The notes: a model not told the origin generated them from the letters alone. 64,000 bases of DNA from a virus (IMGVR_UViG_3300050821_006746:45142-109141); one strand, 5' to 3'. Shown: positions 1 through 10,677, counted from the first letter of the stretch. Program-made: numbers and translations.

Positions 1-400
1 TACCATGCAATACATCCTGTGGCCAAACGGAAACGATGCCATATTCACATCTCGTGACGACGCCATAGAGGCTTGTAAACAATTCGAGGAGACGAAAACA
101 AAATGAGCGAAGAGAGACAAATTGAAATTCGCCCTTTTGGCCAAATTGTTTGTCATCGCACGCCGTCTAACCCGAAGTTTATGCGAGACCAGCATGTGAT
201 ACGTCGCAACGCTACCGATGAGAGCAAGTTGGGCAACTTTGTAGCCTACTGCGAGGATGCGCGGCTTGCTTGGGTCTTCTGGGCAGGCGAGACTGAGGCA
301 AGGAAAGTGCTACTCTCGAATTTGGCATCTATCGAGGATTGGCGTGTTGCTCGTGAACAACAGGCTAACCTTGCGAATTATTGGAAATAGGAGCATCAAC

Positions 401-724
401 ATGGAAAAACCGACTATTGTCTGTCTCTGCGGTTCCACTCGCTTCTCAGATGCATTTCACGAAGCCAACTTACGCGAAACCCTGGCAGGCCGCATTGTCT
501 TATCCATCGGTTGCGATTTCAAGAGTGACACCGACCTTTTGCTAGCCGGTGAACTCACTACGGCAGACAAACATCGCCTAGACGAGCTGCACCTGCGTAA
601 GATCGATTTAGCCGATGAGGTGCTTGTGCTCAACGTTGGCGGATACATCGGACAATCGACAAGCAACGAGATTGCCTACGCCCAAAACCACAACAAGCCT
701 ATTCGTTGGCTGGAAGCTTTGTAG
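401..724 (+). CDS. Nucleoside 2-deoxyribosyltransferase-like / DUF4406-type protein
   Basis: IVCLCGSTRF...HLRKIDLADEVLVLNVGGYIGQSTSNEIAYA pattern; RBS AGGAG before ATG 401. Confidence 0.65.
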   Translation: MEKPTIVCLCGSTRFSDAFHEANLRETLAGRIVLSIGCDFKSDTDLLLAGELTTADKHRLDELHLRKIDLADEVLVLNVGGYIGQSTSNEIAYAQNHNKPIRWLEAL

Positions 725-761
725 TTCGTATTTTACTCCTTCAGTGACAGGAGAACACATC

Positions 762-1133
762 ATGTACACACTCGAAGAACGAGACGGCGCATTATACGCC
801 AAAGAAACGAGCATTAACGAATGGCTTCCGCGCCAGGACGAAAACTGGTACTTGCTCGCCACCCCTTACCGAAATTTCGTTTCGTGGTTTGCTTCTGAGG
901 AAGCAGCTCGCCAACTTCTCGGCATGGAAATCCGTGCTACCATCAACAATCCTGCGGTGGTTTTCCGAAATCACTTAGGTTGGCTTTTCCATCGGGCCGA
1001 CGCCAGTTCTAAACCCGCCTATACCGAATCTACCCCCATACCTTCGCCAAAGATCAAAGGTCGCTGCAAGGTTGTGTGGCACAAAGGCGCATGGCACAAG
1101 GAAACCGTGAAGGGATTGGTGAAAGTCGCATGA
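762..1133 (+). CDS. Hypothetical phage protein
   Basis: RBS AGGAG then ATG 762; coupled to next ORF by ATGA. Confidence 0.6.
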   Translation: MYTLEERDGALYAKETSINEWLPRQDENWYLLATPYRNFVSWFASEEAARQLLGMEIRATINNPAVVFRNHLGWLFHRADASSKPAYTESTPIPSPKIKGRCKVVWHKGAWHKETVKGLVKVA

Positions 1134-1327
1134 AACCAAGCCTCAAACTACTCTACTACTCGCTAGAACGAGCGAGCATGACCTACGCCGAAACAGGCTC
1201 ACCCTATGCTCAGCAACGCGCAATTGAACTCATCGGAGAATTGCACCAATGTCTAGACGATGTTGAACAAATCATCCTCTCAGAAGAGCGCACGCCCACT
1301 ACAGGCGAATCGGAGGCGCAAGGATGA
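1130..1327 (+). CDS. Hypothetical phage protein
   Basis: ATGA overlaps on both sides. Confidence 0.55.
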   Translation: MKPSLKLLYYSLERASMTYAETGSPYAQQRAIELIGELHQCLDDVEQIILSEERTPTTGESEAQG

Positions 1328-2016
1328 AAGTTCTTATCGTAGATGAAAATTCTAATATGGTCCACATGCTCTCTGGCCTGCTCAAGCATCAAGTGGGTAT
1401 CGATGTACTGGAGGCCAGTTCTCTCAGGCAAGTCGAGCAAGGCTGGCAGTGGAAACCTGATCTTGTACTCATTGACCCTCTAGACGATACGGGCATCGAC
1501 TTTTGCACCCAACTGCGCAAGAAACATGACCCGCTCATCCTGGCAATGAGCAGAGACAGAGCAAACGAAGCGCCCTATCTCGAAAACGGCGCTGATGCTT
1601 ACATTCAGAAGCCGTTCCTGCCTGAGAAAGTTCTTGCGCATATCCATGCTCTTGCTCGTAGACCACGTTCGCAAGCCAGTATCAATAGCGGCATTATGCG
1701 CATAGGCAACCTGACTATTGACTCAGTGCGCAACCAGGCTCAAGCACAAGACTCTACGATTGCGCTGACTACCATAGAGTGCCGATTGCTCTGGTATCTC
1801 GCCAACAATGCACCGCGTATTTGCTCATATGCTTTGCTAGTCGATTATGCATGGAATATCAATATCCCTTGTGTCCGAGAAAAAACGGACACCAACTTGC
1901 TCAAAGTGTTCATGTTCCATTTGCGCAAGAAACTGGCAACACTTGGCCGCATGGGAACAGTCGAGAATGTTGTAGGCACTGGATATCAATTTATCCCAGC
2001 AGAGGAGCAATCATGA
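1324..2016 (+). CDS. OmpR/PhoB-family response regulator (receiver + winged helix), orphan
   Basis: MKVLIVDE..., PDLVLID, GADAYIQKPF, LTTIECRLL, LKVFMFHLRKKL, ENVVGTGY. Confidence 0.9.
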   Translation: MKVLIVDENSNMVHMLSGLLKHQVGIDVLEASSLRQVEQGWQWKPDLVLIDPLDDTGIDFCTQLRKKHDPLILAMSRDRANEAPYLENGADAYIQKPFLPEKVLAHIHALARRPRSQASINSGIMRIGNLTIDSVRNQAQAQDSTIALTTIECRLLWYLANNAPRICSYALLVDYAWNINIPCVREKTDTNLLKVFMFHLRKKLATLGRMGTVENVVGTGYQFIPAEEQS

Positions 2017-2375
2017 GCGACAACGACCTACATCTTGAGATTAACGATAAATGCATCGATAAGGGAACGCCTGTTTTATTGGGCAAAAACACAGTCTTTC
2101 ACTTTTCGCCGCCGCTCAACGAGGATTACTGGATATTCCGTGTCATGCTACACAAAGATCAGGCAGTTGTGGGATTTCCGAAGTACTCAGGAATAGGCAT
2201 TGGCTTTGCTCAAGAGGAGCACTACAACGTTAACCTGCCATACAGGTGCAATGCTGCAATGGTCTACGATCACATCGAAGAGAACAAGCGCTACGATGAG
2301 ATCACCAAAGAGCAGTGCATACAGGCAATACACCTGATCCAAGAAGCAGCAGAACGGTACCAGCAATCACAATGA
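2013..2375 (+). CDS. Hypothetical phage protein
   Basis: RBS GAGGAG, ATGA coupling. Confidence 0.6.
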   Translation: MSDNDLHLEINDKCIDKGTPVLLGKNTVFHFSPPLNEDYWIFRVMLHKDQAVVGFPKYSGIGIGFAQEEHYNVNLPYRCNAAMVYDHIEENKRYDEITKEQCIQAIHLIQEAAERYQQSQ

Positions 2376-2494
2376 CCAGAGACCATCTTTGGCTCGCACT
2401 CAGCGGCGCTCTGCTCGTGGCGTTCGCGCTTGCCGCTATTTGGCTGTTTAGTGCGCATTATTCGCTATTATTTGTTTCGTTTTAGGAGCATTTT

Positions 2495-2941
2495 ATGAGT
2501 AAAAGTGGTGGATACCTTGATGTGGTTAATGACGATCTTATCTCTCGACGTGGCTTGACGCTCAGACCACACCCAAAGCAGGTTGTGCTTGAAGGCATCC
2601 AATCTGTGGAGGATAATCGCTTTCCAGATGGTCGTGCCCTGGCACCAATAATTAGCAAACACGAATGTGCGTGCTGGGTATGCCATCCTGAGATGTTTCC
2701 TGATGGTGAAGTTGAGGAAGGGACTGTGAGCGTGCGCAAATGGCTTACACCACGTTTCTGGAAAACGACTCTCGATGGACAACCATGCGGGTTTGTCAAA
2801 GAGGCAAAACCAGGACGACAGGGTCATGTGTGGGTATCACGAACGCCGCCACATGCCTGCTCTTGTGGTAGTCACTATTCTTGCACAATGATGTTGCATG
2901 GCAACGTAACGGTCACACCTGACGGAGATGATTACAAATGA
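2495..2941 (+). CDS. Hypothetical Cys/His-rich protein
   Basis: RBS AGGAG; CxCxxCH motif. Confidence 0.55.
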   Translation: MSKSGGYLDVVNDDLISRRGLTLRPHPKQVVLEGIQSVEDNRFPDGRALAPIISKHECACWVCHPEMFPDGEVEEGTVSVRKWLTPRFWKTTLDGQPCGFVKEAKPGRQGHVWVSRTPPHACSCGSHYSCTMMLHGNVTVTPDGDDYK

Positions 2942-3174
2942 TTGTACAGCAACCCATCACAGCACAGCAAAAAGCCGAGATGAAGACCCTGGCAAAGCAG
3001 TGCAAGGCAAAGGTCTCATTCAGTGGGCCACACATCGCACTCACAACCAAGTGCTTCTCAGGGCGCTATCCCAACAACATGGACGGCTATAGCGCCGCAC
3101 TGGCAATACTTGAGAAGTTAACGCCGAAACAATCGTAGTGCATCACTTATCCCGTCAGTGATCGGGAGGACATC

Positions 3175-3786
3175 ATGAATACGCTTATACCCATTGATCC
3201 AATAGAGAATAATTTGTTAGGCAAAAGCAATGAATGGTACACACCATCTCGCTATATCGAAGCCGCAAAGGAAGTCATGGGCGGCATTGATCTTGACCCT
3301 GCTTCGAGTGAAGTAGCCAACAAAACCGTTAAGGCAGCAAGGTACTACACCATCAAGGATAACGGACTCCTGCAGGATTGGCGTGGTCGCATATGGCTCA
3401 ATCCCCCCTATGGACGCACGACTAAAATGCAGGGTCAGCACAAAAGCACCATCTATTTGTTCACCGAAAAGCTTATCAAATCCTATGAGAGCGGAGAAGT
3501 TGAGCAAGCTATCATTTTGGCAACCACTGAGGTAAATGCGCGGTGGTTTTATCCGCTCTGGAAATATCCCATATGCATACCTGACCATCGCGTCCATTTT
3601 ATGGTTGATGAGAAGCTAGAAAAATATTGCCAGATGTTTGGCACCTGCTTTGCTTACCTCGGACCTAACGAAGCTCATTTTACAGAAGTCTTTTCTAGGT
3701 TTGGGCATGTTGTCAAAACCGTTGGACGGCCAGCGCCAAAGCCAATAGCACTAGACCTGTGGACACCAACAAGCGTGGCACCGTAA
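3175..3786 (+). CDS. Phage DNA N6-adenine methyltransferase (Dam-like family), copy 1
   Basis: NEWYTP, IDLDPAS, WLNPPYG motifs. Confidence 0.9.
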   Translation: MNTLIPIDPIENNLLGKSNEWYTPSRYIEAAKEVMGGIDLDPASSEVANKTVKAARYYTIKDNGLLQDWRGRIWLNPPYGRTTKMQGQHKSTIYLFTEKLIKSYESGEVEQAIILATTEVNARWFYPLWKYPICIPDHRVHFMVDEKLEKYCQMFGTCFAYLGPNEAHFTEVFSRFGHVVKTVGRPAPKPIALDLWTPTSVAP

Positions 3787-3936
3787 CGCGTTCCTTAGCC
3801 TCTCAGCACGAGGTGACCCATGACATCATTCAGCGCCTATGCGCTTACTAATAGATACAGATTCACCAACAATAGTTGCAGATTCTTGCAATCACTTGCA
3901 TTTCACGGCAAATTCGTATATCCTAGTACTGACACG

Positions 3937-3965
3937 TTGACTTCGTTAGATCAGTGTGTTATCAT
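3937..3965 (+). promoter_or_regulatory. Sigma70-type promoter
   Basis: TTGACT-N17-TATCAT upstream of HTH gene. Confidence 0.65.
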
Positions 3966-3991
3966 GATAACGAGCGAACAGGAGAACCAAC

Positions 3992-4192
3992 ATGTTTATG
4001 GCAGAAATAGCGTACACGCCAGAGGAGGTAGCAAAGAGGCTCAGCATCACGCCGCGCATGGCAACAGAGTATCTACGAACGGGCAAAATACCGGGTGGGT
4101 ACAAGGTAGCTGGTCAGTGGAGAATAGACGAGCCAGACCTCACGAACTTTATAACAGAGCAGAAGCGCAAGGCTTCACAAAAGGACTCATAG
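3992..4192 (+). CDS. Excisionase-like helix-turn-helix protein (HTH_17)
   Basis: YTPEEVAKRLSIT...YLRTGKIPGGYKVAGQWRI. Confidence 0.85.
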   Translation: MFMAEIAYTPEEVAKRLSITPRMATEYLRTGKIPGGYKVAGQWRIDEPDLTNFITEQKRKASQKDS

Positions 4193-4323
4193 GGGTTATC
4201 CCCAAAAACGACATTGAGCCACCTAAACTTTGGCGAGTAGCAGGTGGCCCATGAACAAAGATCTCAGCAGAACGTTTAATGCGTTCTGACGAGCGACTTT
4301 GTGTCCATTCACTGGACAAATTA

Positions 4324-4352
4324 ACTATACACTATCCGGCAAGCCGCGTCAA
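4324..4352 (-). promoter_or_regulatory. Antisense sigma70-type promoter
   Basis: Minus strand TTGACG-N17-TATAGT, pointing into hairpin-rich region and HTH gene. Confidence 0.55.
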
Positions 4353-4412
4353 GGTGAAACACCAACGACGACTTGAAACAGCGAGACACATACAAGCGAA
4401 AGAAGGAGAGCG

Positions 4413-7400
4413 ATGAGCACACAACCAACGCCATTGATGATTAAAACTCTAGAGCAAATTGGGAACGACACCGTAACTGGATGGGGCTACAACAACAACC
4501 CGAATGGACAGCGCAACCTCAATGCCAACATAACCCACGCATTGATTAAACGTGGACTGCTAGAGCCTGCTGGTGAAATGTCATGGAGTGGGCAGAACAC
4601 GCCTGTGTACCGTCTCTCTGAGTCAGGGAAGCAAGCATTGAGTGCTGCACTACCGCCCACGACACCGAAAGATGAGTCTTGGAAATTAGTGTTTGCGAGA
4701 GGTGAACAATGGGCATAACAAAAATCACGTCAGCGCAACAGCAGATCCTCAACCAAATGCGCAGAGGCTATGCGCTCATTTCTCATATGGACACCAAATA
4801 CCGTTCATTCAACATGCCTGCTGAGCATGGCGGATACCTGCTCAACACAGCGTCTTGTGCCATGAAGCCCGTTCTTCTCTCGACAATTAAAGCCATGCTT
4901 GGTAAAAATCTGATTGCCGAGGAAAAGCGCTATGTCTCATCAGATGGCTTCTGTGGTGAACACCAGACGGAGAGGTGGCGCATTCACTACAAACTCAACC
5001 TGTGCATTCACTGCTATGAGCAGCCTGCTAGCGATCAGTTCAATGGCATGTTCTGCGCTGCATGCGCCAATGAGATGGGTGAGCAGTGGGAAACCGAACA
5101 AAACGAGCGTGTGAAGGAGATGGCGCAATGAACAAAAGAATGATCACGGCTATTACACCCAGGTCTGATTTTGTTGAGGTCGATCTAGCCTGTGGGCACA
5201 CAATACGGTGGTTCCCGTTTAGCGAACAAACCCCTCAGCAATTGGCAGAGCACATGCAAAACCTAACACCCAAGCCAATACAAGTAGGCAAGACAAAGTT
5301 AAATTGCAAGGAGTGCACACAATGAGCAACGAAGAACGACAAGTATCGTGGATTGGCACACTCCACGTCACGTACAAAGCAGGCGATACCGGTATGATTA
5401 TCCCCGAATATATCCTTGCCCGCATGACACCAGAACTGGTAGCAAGCGAATTGGAAAGCATCGCACGACAAATCAGAGACGGTCAAGTACCGGATCAAGT
5501 CAAGCCGATCGATGAGGTTGATATTCTCCACCTGCGGCAAATTGCAGAGTGGCTAGAGCAACGCTATGGCACATCCAAGGAAACCATCGCGCTCCAGCCA
5601 CAAGCGAAAGGACAACAACAATGATTACTGACGAGGCGATACTACAAGCAATCGAATACAGGATGGATCAGTTAAACGCAACATTCAGCCTTGAGGATGG
5701 GCACATTTGCAGCAATAACGCTGATCTAGGAACCATTTCAAAAGTGTATCATCTTCCACTTCATTGTCTTGCCCAACTAATCTGGAAAAGTAAGGAAGAG
5801 GCAGAGGTGAAAGCATGACACCAATCACAGCCGCCGCCACTATCCAGCGCATTGCTGACAGTGGACTCGATATCAGCACTGAGGATTATCGGGCACTGGT
5901 AGAGGTTGCCCAATGGCTAGCGACGTTGCAAGAGCCAGTGAGCACGGAACTTGACGACATAATTGACACACTCGACGAAACAATTGATGAGATTGTAGAT
6001 ACCATCCTTGACGACAACAATGTTGACACCCTCAACGATGAAGAAAGAGTTTCGCCAGAAACGTGGCTTTCTGCAAAAACAGAAATTTTGGCATTGTTGG
6101 CTCAGCGCAAGGAGAAGGCACAATGAGCAAACTCAGTTTCGCTTGTGGTCACACCGAAGAGCAAGAGCACGCACTGGTCAATGAGTTCTTTGACGGCTTG
6201 CGCGCTTACATGAAACAGTGTGGGCGCTTCATGGGCAAGCCGATTGCCGAGAACTGGCAAACACTCGACGAGCAAGCAAAAGATCACCACATTAATGTTC
6301 TGTTTGTGCGCCATGCGGTTACGCTCACAAAGTTGGCACACGACGCGATACACGAGGCGACAAAAGCATGAACCACGAAGGCAAGCACTACATACACACC
6401 ACTAAAGCGTGGTACTACGCTGATTGGGCACCACAGGAGTGGCAAGACGAAATTCGCTTTTTCACAGAGGGATCGGGAGCAATGTACATGCGCTGGTATG
6501 CTCGTCCCAACTTAACATCACGTTTAGAGGTGAACATAGGCGAGATGTATGCACTGACGACACAAACGGAACTACTTTCAACGTTGGCTCACATTGCTGT
6601 GAGCGGCGAGAAAATGGCACCCGATGATTTTCGCGAGATCCTTGAGGAATGTGGTTTTGTGGATAGCACGCCTCTTACACAAAAAGGGCACCCCAACGAG
6701 GAGACACAATCATGATAGGGTTATCAGACATCGCAGAACAGGGCGAAGAATCGGGAAGAGAAGAAGCGGCATGTGATTATCCGTTCCTTCCTGATCCTCT
6801 AGATTATCGAGAATTGCGTCAATATGGGCGTGGTCGTGCGCAAGGCTTATACCGATTACGCGGCAAAGCAGCACGTGTGTTTGCGCACAACTGGTCTATA
6901 GGCTACATAGCTGAGTGCAATTTATATAAACTGGTTTGCTCAGCAGAATTGCAGGAGGCGCAATCATGATAACACTCACCACAGGTGCACATCTCGCCAG
7001 TGTGCGAGAACGCCTCACAGCGCCGCTAGACGAGCAAAGCTATAACGACCTGGCAGTGGTAGCGCTCTTCTACTCGACGCACGCCACGACTGAGCAGCGT
7101 GTTGAGGCGGCATTGCTCTATGTGGAGGTGGTTCGCAAGGCGGCAGAGGCGAGACGAGCAACGCGACAAGATGATATAGCATGACACGTTGACATAATGT
7201 TGAGACAAGCGAGCAGTAAGGATAGCAACATGGAACAAGAGAAGCCACTCACAATCGAGCAGCGCATTACTCGTATCCGCCAATGTATGCAGGCTGCGGG
7301 CGAGGATTGCGTAGCATTGGGTAATCAGTGGAGCGAGTTTGGCGATTGGAACAATGGGCCACGCTTCTCTGTTCGCAGTCAGATAATGCCTGAGAATATG

Positions 7401-7638
7401 CAGGAAGCCACAAAGGAGACGCCACAAAATGCAATTTGAGCAAGCAACCAAGAACCTGACAGATCGCACTGACTGCAACCCGAATGATTATGAGGCAATT
7501 CAATACTTCCTCATCGAGTTTGCGGAGCACATTCTTATGCATACTACACCTGCGGCAGGGAGCACGATCAAGAAGTATCAGGGGATGTCTGTAGAGCAAA
7601 TCGTGGTGGCTCTTCCCGATATGCCAGAAATGGAGTGA
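4413..7638 (+). other. Run of about 11 small, mostly translationally coupled hypothetical phage genes
   Basis: Consecutive 60-140 aa ORFs with GGAG RBS and ATGA-type overlaps. Confidence 0.7.
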
Positions 7639-7641
7639 CCT

Positions 7642-8067
7642 ATGAGCAGAGAACTACTTTTCCGCGCCTGGACTGGCAAGACGATGATGTACCAAGATCG
7701 GCAATACTTGGGATCATTCATCCGTCGCGTGGTCATACAAGTCTTGATGGATCACGATTTTCCCGAAGCGATGAAGCGCAAAAGCTACTTGCCCAAAGGG
7801 ACCAAAATTGACGATTATCTCATGCAATACATCAACAATGAGGATATCTGCGGCAAAAAAATCTACGACGAGGACATTGTGATGCTACGTGGTAGCAACT
7901 ACCCGACGCGCTATCAAGTGTACTGGAATGTGGATCAGTGGGACGTGAAAGATGCTCAGGGCAATGGCTATGATCGTGGCTACTACGAGAGTGGCTCTAT
8001 TAACTGGAGAAGTGGCTTGGAAGTTATCGGCAATATGCGCGAAACCCCTAACTTACTCAACAATTAG
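7642..8067 (+). CDS. YopX-family protein
   Basis: MSRELLFRAW, LMQY...GKKIYDEDIV, LEVIGNMRETPNLL. Confidence 0.85.
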   Translation: MSRELLFRAWTGKTMMYQDRQYLGSFIRRVVIQVLMDHDFPEAMKRKSYLPKGTKIDDYLMQYINNEDICGKKIYDEDIVMLRGSNYPTRYQVYWNVDQWDVKDAQGNGYDRGYYESGSINWRSGLEVIGNMRETPNLLNN

Positions 8068-8145
8068 CCTGCCCTACGGCAGTGTACATAGAGGTGTCCA
8101 GTGACCACCAACATCAGCGCCCAGCGCGCATATGATACAATCGAC

Positions 8146-8188
8146 TTGACATTAGCCAACAGATCAAGTAAAATGGCATTAGCCAACA
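8146..8188 (+). promoter_or_regulatory. Promoter with duplicated operator-like CATTAGCCAACA
   Basis: TTGACA-N17-TAAAAT; 12-bp direct repeat at 8150 and 8177. Confidence 0.65.
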
Positions 8189-8197
8189 AGGAGAATA

Positions 8198-8425
8198 ATG
8201 GATTTGGAAGCAGTAAAGGAGATCATCTCTTCGCAGGGATGGACACCGCAGGAAAGGAAGAAGCAGAGAGGGACGCTCTATTTGTACGCTGCCAAATGGG
8301 ATGTAGAGGAACAAAAAACCATGTGGCGATACATTTGTGCGATATCCCAGGCGGAATATCTCACAGAGGAGCAAATACTAGCAACACTCAGCAGACCACC
8401 GAGAACAAAAAGAAAGCCAGCTTAG
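8198..8425 (+). CDS. Small basic hypothetical protein, possibly DNA-binding
   Basis: Own promoter, RBS AAGGAG. Confidence 0.6.
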   Translation: MDLEAVKEIISSQGWTPQERKKQRGTLYLYAAKWDVEEQKTMWRYICAISQAEYLTEEQILATLSRPPRTKRKPA

Positions 8426-8556
8426 CGCTGGCTAATGATAACAGCGACCCGCCATTGGTTGGCACCCTACGCGGGCCGTAAAACAAACTGAACCGCCAGG
8501 CAACGTGTTCAGCGTTGTCTAGAGGCTACGTGCGCCTTGTGATAGGCACATTGTTC

Positions 8557-8585
8557 ATTTTACCTGATTGAACAAAGGAATGCAA
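8557..8585 (-). promoter_or_regulatory. Antisense sigma70-type promoter
   Basis: Minus strand TTGCAT-N17-TAAAAT. Confidence 0.55.
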
Positions 8586-8643
8586 GGATGGTAGCGAAAT
8601 CGTGACGAATATTCCAGCAAATCAAAAATCATTGTCTTACCCC

Positions 8644-8677
8644 TTGACATTTGCGTTCGTATCGAATACAATACGAA
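8644..8677 (+). promoter_or_regulatory. Promoter with overlapping inverted repeat
   Basis: TTGACA-N17-TACAAT; TTCGTAT...ATACGAA inverted repeat flanks the -10. Confidence 0.65.
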
Positions 8678-8712
8678 TATCAAGTAGTAAACAAACACAA
8701 AGGAGAAAGACA

Positions 8713-8994
8713 ATGAACGATCAAGTATACACACAGATGCTTAAAGATGTCACCACAGAGGTCAATTTTGAGAAGGCTTGCGAGATGCTAACGCAGATCC
8801 ATCAGGAGTGTGATTGTCGCACCACTGAGTACTACGGTGGCAAACGCACACAACGCTCCATCAAGAGCCGCGCCTTTGTCTGTGCCGCAAACACTGTGCG
8901 CTGGAATTTCCATAAGTTCGTCACGATGTCAAAAAATGGCCGCTACGAAGTGAACGAGCGCAATCAGCGCATTCAAGACAGGCAGGGATGGTAA
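8713..8994 (+). CDS. Hypothetical phage protein
   Basis: RBS AAGGAG, ATG 8713. Confidence 0.6.
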   Translation: MNDQVYTQMLKDVTTEVNFEKACEMLTQIHQECDCRTTEYYGGKRTQRSIKSRAFVCAANTVRWNFHKFVTMSKNGRYEVNERNQRIQDRQGW

Positions 8995-9191
8995 TGGAAA
9001 AGAAACGCGGTGGACAGGAAGGCAACAAGAACGCTAAGCGGGCAAAACATCCCCGCTTAGCAGTCAGTTATTCGGGTGATCTCCTCGATTTAGCCTATGA
9101 AAAGTTGGCAGATCAAGGGAATACTGCACCTACAGAGGATCAAATAAAGGATTTTATCCGCGCAATGACAAGGAAGGGATTGGAGCAATGA
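8988..9191 (+). CDS. Small putative DNA-binding protein
   Basis: KRGGQEGNKNA N-terminal motif, coupled to methyltransferase gene. Confidence 0.5.
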   Translation: MVMEKKRGGQEGNKNAKRAKHPRLAVSYSGDLLDLAYEKLADQGNTAPTEDQIKDFIRAMTRKGLEQ

Positions 9192-9946
9192 AACCATTCA
9201 CCTTTGGCTCACTTTTCTCTGGCGTTGGTGGTATTGATTTAGGCTTGGAGCGGGCTGGTATGCAGTGCGCTTGGCAGGTGGAGATAGATGATTATGCAAC
9301 AAAAGTACTTGAAAAACAGTGGCCCAATGTTACCCGGTTTCGAGACGTGCGAACCGTTGGAAAACGCAACCTGCCAACAGTTGACCTTCTGGCAGGTGGA
9401 TTCCCCTGCCAACCTCATAGTCTCAATGGCAAAAGAAAAGCCAGCGAAGACGAACGCGATCTCTGGCCAGAATTTCGCCGGCTTATTTGCGAGCTTAAAC
9501 CCGCTTGGGTGTTGGCTGAAAACGTCATGGGGCTACTTAGTTCAGAAAATGGTCACTTCTTCGGCGGCATTCTCAGGGACTTGGCCGCGCTCAGGTATGA
9601 TGCACAATGGCAAGTGCTACCAGCTTCCTCCTTTGGCGCACCACACCGAAGAGAAAGAGTCTTCATTGTGGCCTACCCTCAGAGCCTCTATGTGGAAAAA
9701 TCGCAAATGGTCCAATCACAGAAAAGACCACCATTTCAATTTGGAAGAATATCTTCCAACGATTTATCCAGAAATCAATGGAAAACCAATCAACCCTCAT
9801 TTTCTGGAATGGATGATGGGATTCCCTATTGGGTGGACAGAAGTAAGGGACTCGGAAACGCAGTTGTTCCACAAATAGCAGAGAGCATTGCTTATCGCAT
9901 TCTCATGGCAGATGCAGCAAGCAAGGATGAAACGGAAGTAGCATAA
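9188..9946 (+). CDS. DNA (cytosine-5) methyltransferase, main polypeptide
   Basis: FSGVGG (I), GGFPCQ (IV), ENV (VI), HRRERVF (VIII), LGNAV (X). Confidence 0.92.
   Translation: MKPFTFGSLFSGVGGIDLGLERAGMQCAWQVEIDDYATKVLEKQWPNVTRFRDVRTVGKRNLPTVDLLAGGFPCQPHSLNGKRKASEDERDLWPEFRRLICELKPAWVLAENVMGLLSSENGHFFGGILRDLAALRYDAQWQVLPASSFGAPHRRERVFIVAYPQSLYVEKSQMVQSQKRPPFQFGRISSNDLSRNQWKTNQPSFSGMDDGIPYWVDRSKGLGNAVVPQIAESIAYRILMADAASKDETEVA
9288..9878 (+). CDS. Alternate-frame (beta-type) subunit of the C5 methyltransferase
   Basis: 196-codon +1 frame nested in the MTase; ends INPHFLEWMMGFPIGWT, the motif-IX-like segment absent from the main frame; start uncertain (ATG 9327 possible). Confidence 0.7.
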   Translation: MIMQQKYLKNSGPMLPGFETCEPLENATCQQLTFWQVDSPANLIVSMAKEKPAKTNAISGQNFAGLFASLNPLGCWLKTSWGYLVQKMVTSSAAFSGTWPRSGMMHNGKCYQLPPLAHHTEEKESSLWPTLRASMWKNRKWSNHRKDHHFNLEEYLPTIYPEINGKPINPHFLEWMMGFPIGWTEVRDSETQLFHK

Positions 9947-10032
9947 CCTGGCAGTGCCAGTAATATAGAGGTTTGATTATGGCACAAGTAGCACGACCAC
10001 AAGAGGGCAAAGAAAAGCAAGGATGGTAGCGC

Positions 10033-10659
10033 ATGTACGAGAAATCTTACCAAGCCTGGAAAGAGTTTAAGGAAAAGCTCTATGGAAAATCTAAGGAGCA
10101 ATTCGAGGATGCAACGCCAGAAGAAAAGCGGGCGTTGCTAGACAAGATGAATGCTTCTGACGATGAACAGATACAGCAGAAAGAGATAGAGCTAAATGAG
10201 CTATTTAGCAAAATGCAAGATCTTACTCAGGAAATAGCTCGTTTAACGGAATATTCAACAGGACATCAAGTTAGGATCATTCAACACGCCACAAGTGCTC
10301 TCAATAATTTTGTTCGCAATGGCATCCCCGATATGTTCCATTTTCCACGAGAAGACATGGACAAAATTATTCGCGCCATAGAGCAGGATCGTCGTACTCA
10401 GGCGCAAAGAGAAACGCTTGAGGGAATGCCGTATGATGCCTATCTGAAAACAGAGGCATGGCAAATAAGGCGTTCACAGGCTCTCAAAGACGCCAAGAAT
10501 AGGTGTCAGTTATGTTACAGTACAAAACTTCTCAATGTCCACCACAAGACCTATGAGCGGCGCGGACACGAACTGCCAGAGGATTTGATTGTACTCTGCA
10601 ACGATTGTCACGCAAAACATCACGACAAAATTGGCAAAAAGAATTCATGGAATTTTTAG
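10033..10659 (+). CDS. HNH endonuclease with N-terminal coiled coil
   Basis: YLKTEAW...RCQLC...LNVHHKTY...LIVLCNDCHAKHH. Confidence 0.85.
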   Translation: MYEKSYQAWKEFKEKLYGKSKEQFEDATPEEKRALLDKMNASDDEQIQQKEIELNELFSKMQDLTQEIARLTEYSTGHQVRIIQHATSALNNFVRNGIPDMFHFPREDMDKIIRAIEQDRRTQAQRETLEGMPYDAYLKTEAWQIRRSQALKDAKNRCQLCYSTKLLNVHHKTYERRGHELPEDLIVLCNDCHAKHHDKIGKKNSWNF

Positions 10660-10677
10660 ATAGATTTTCGAGGTAGC

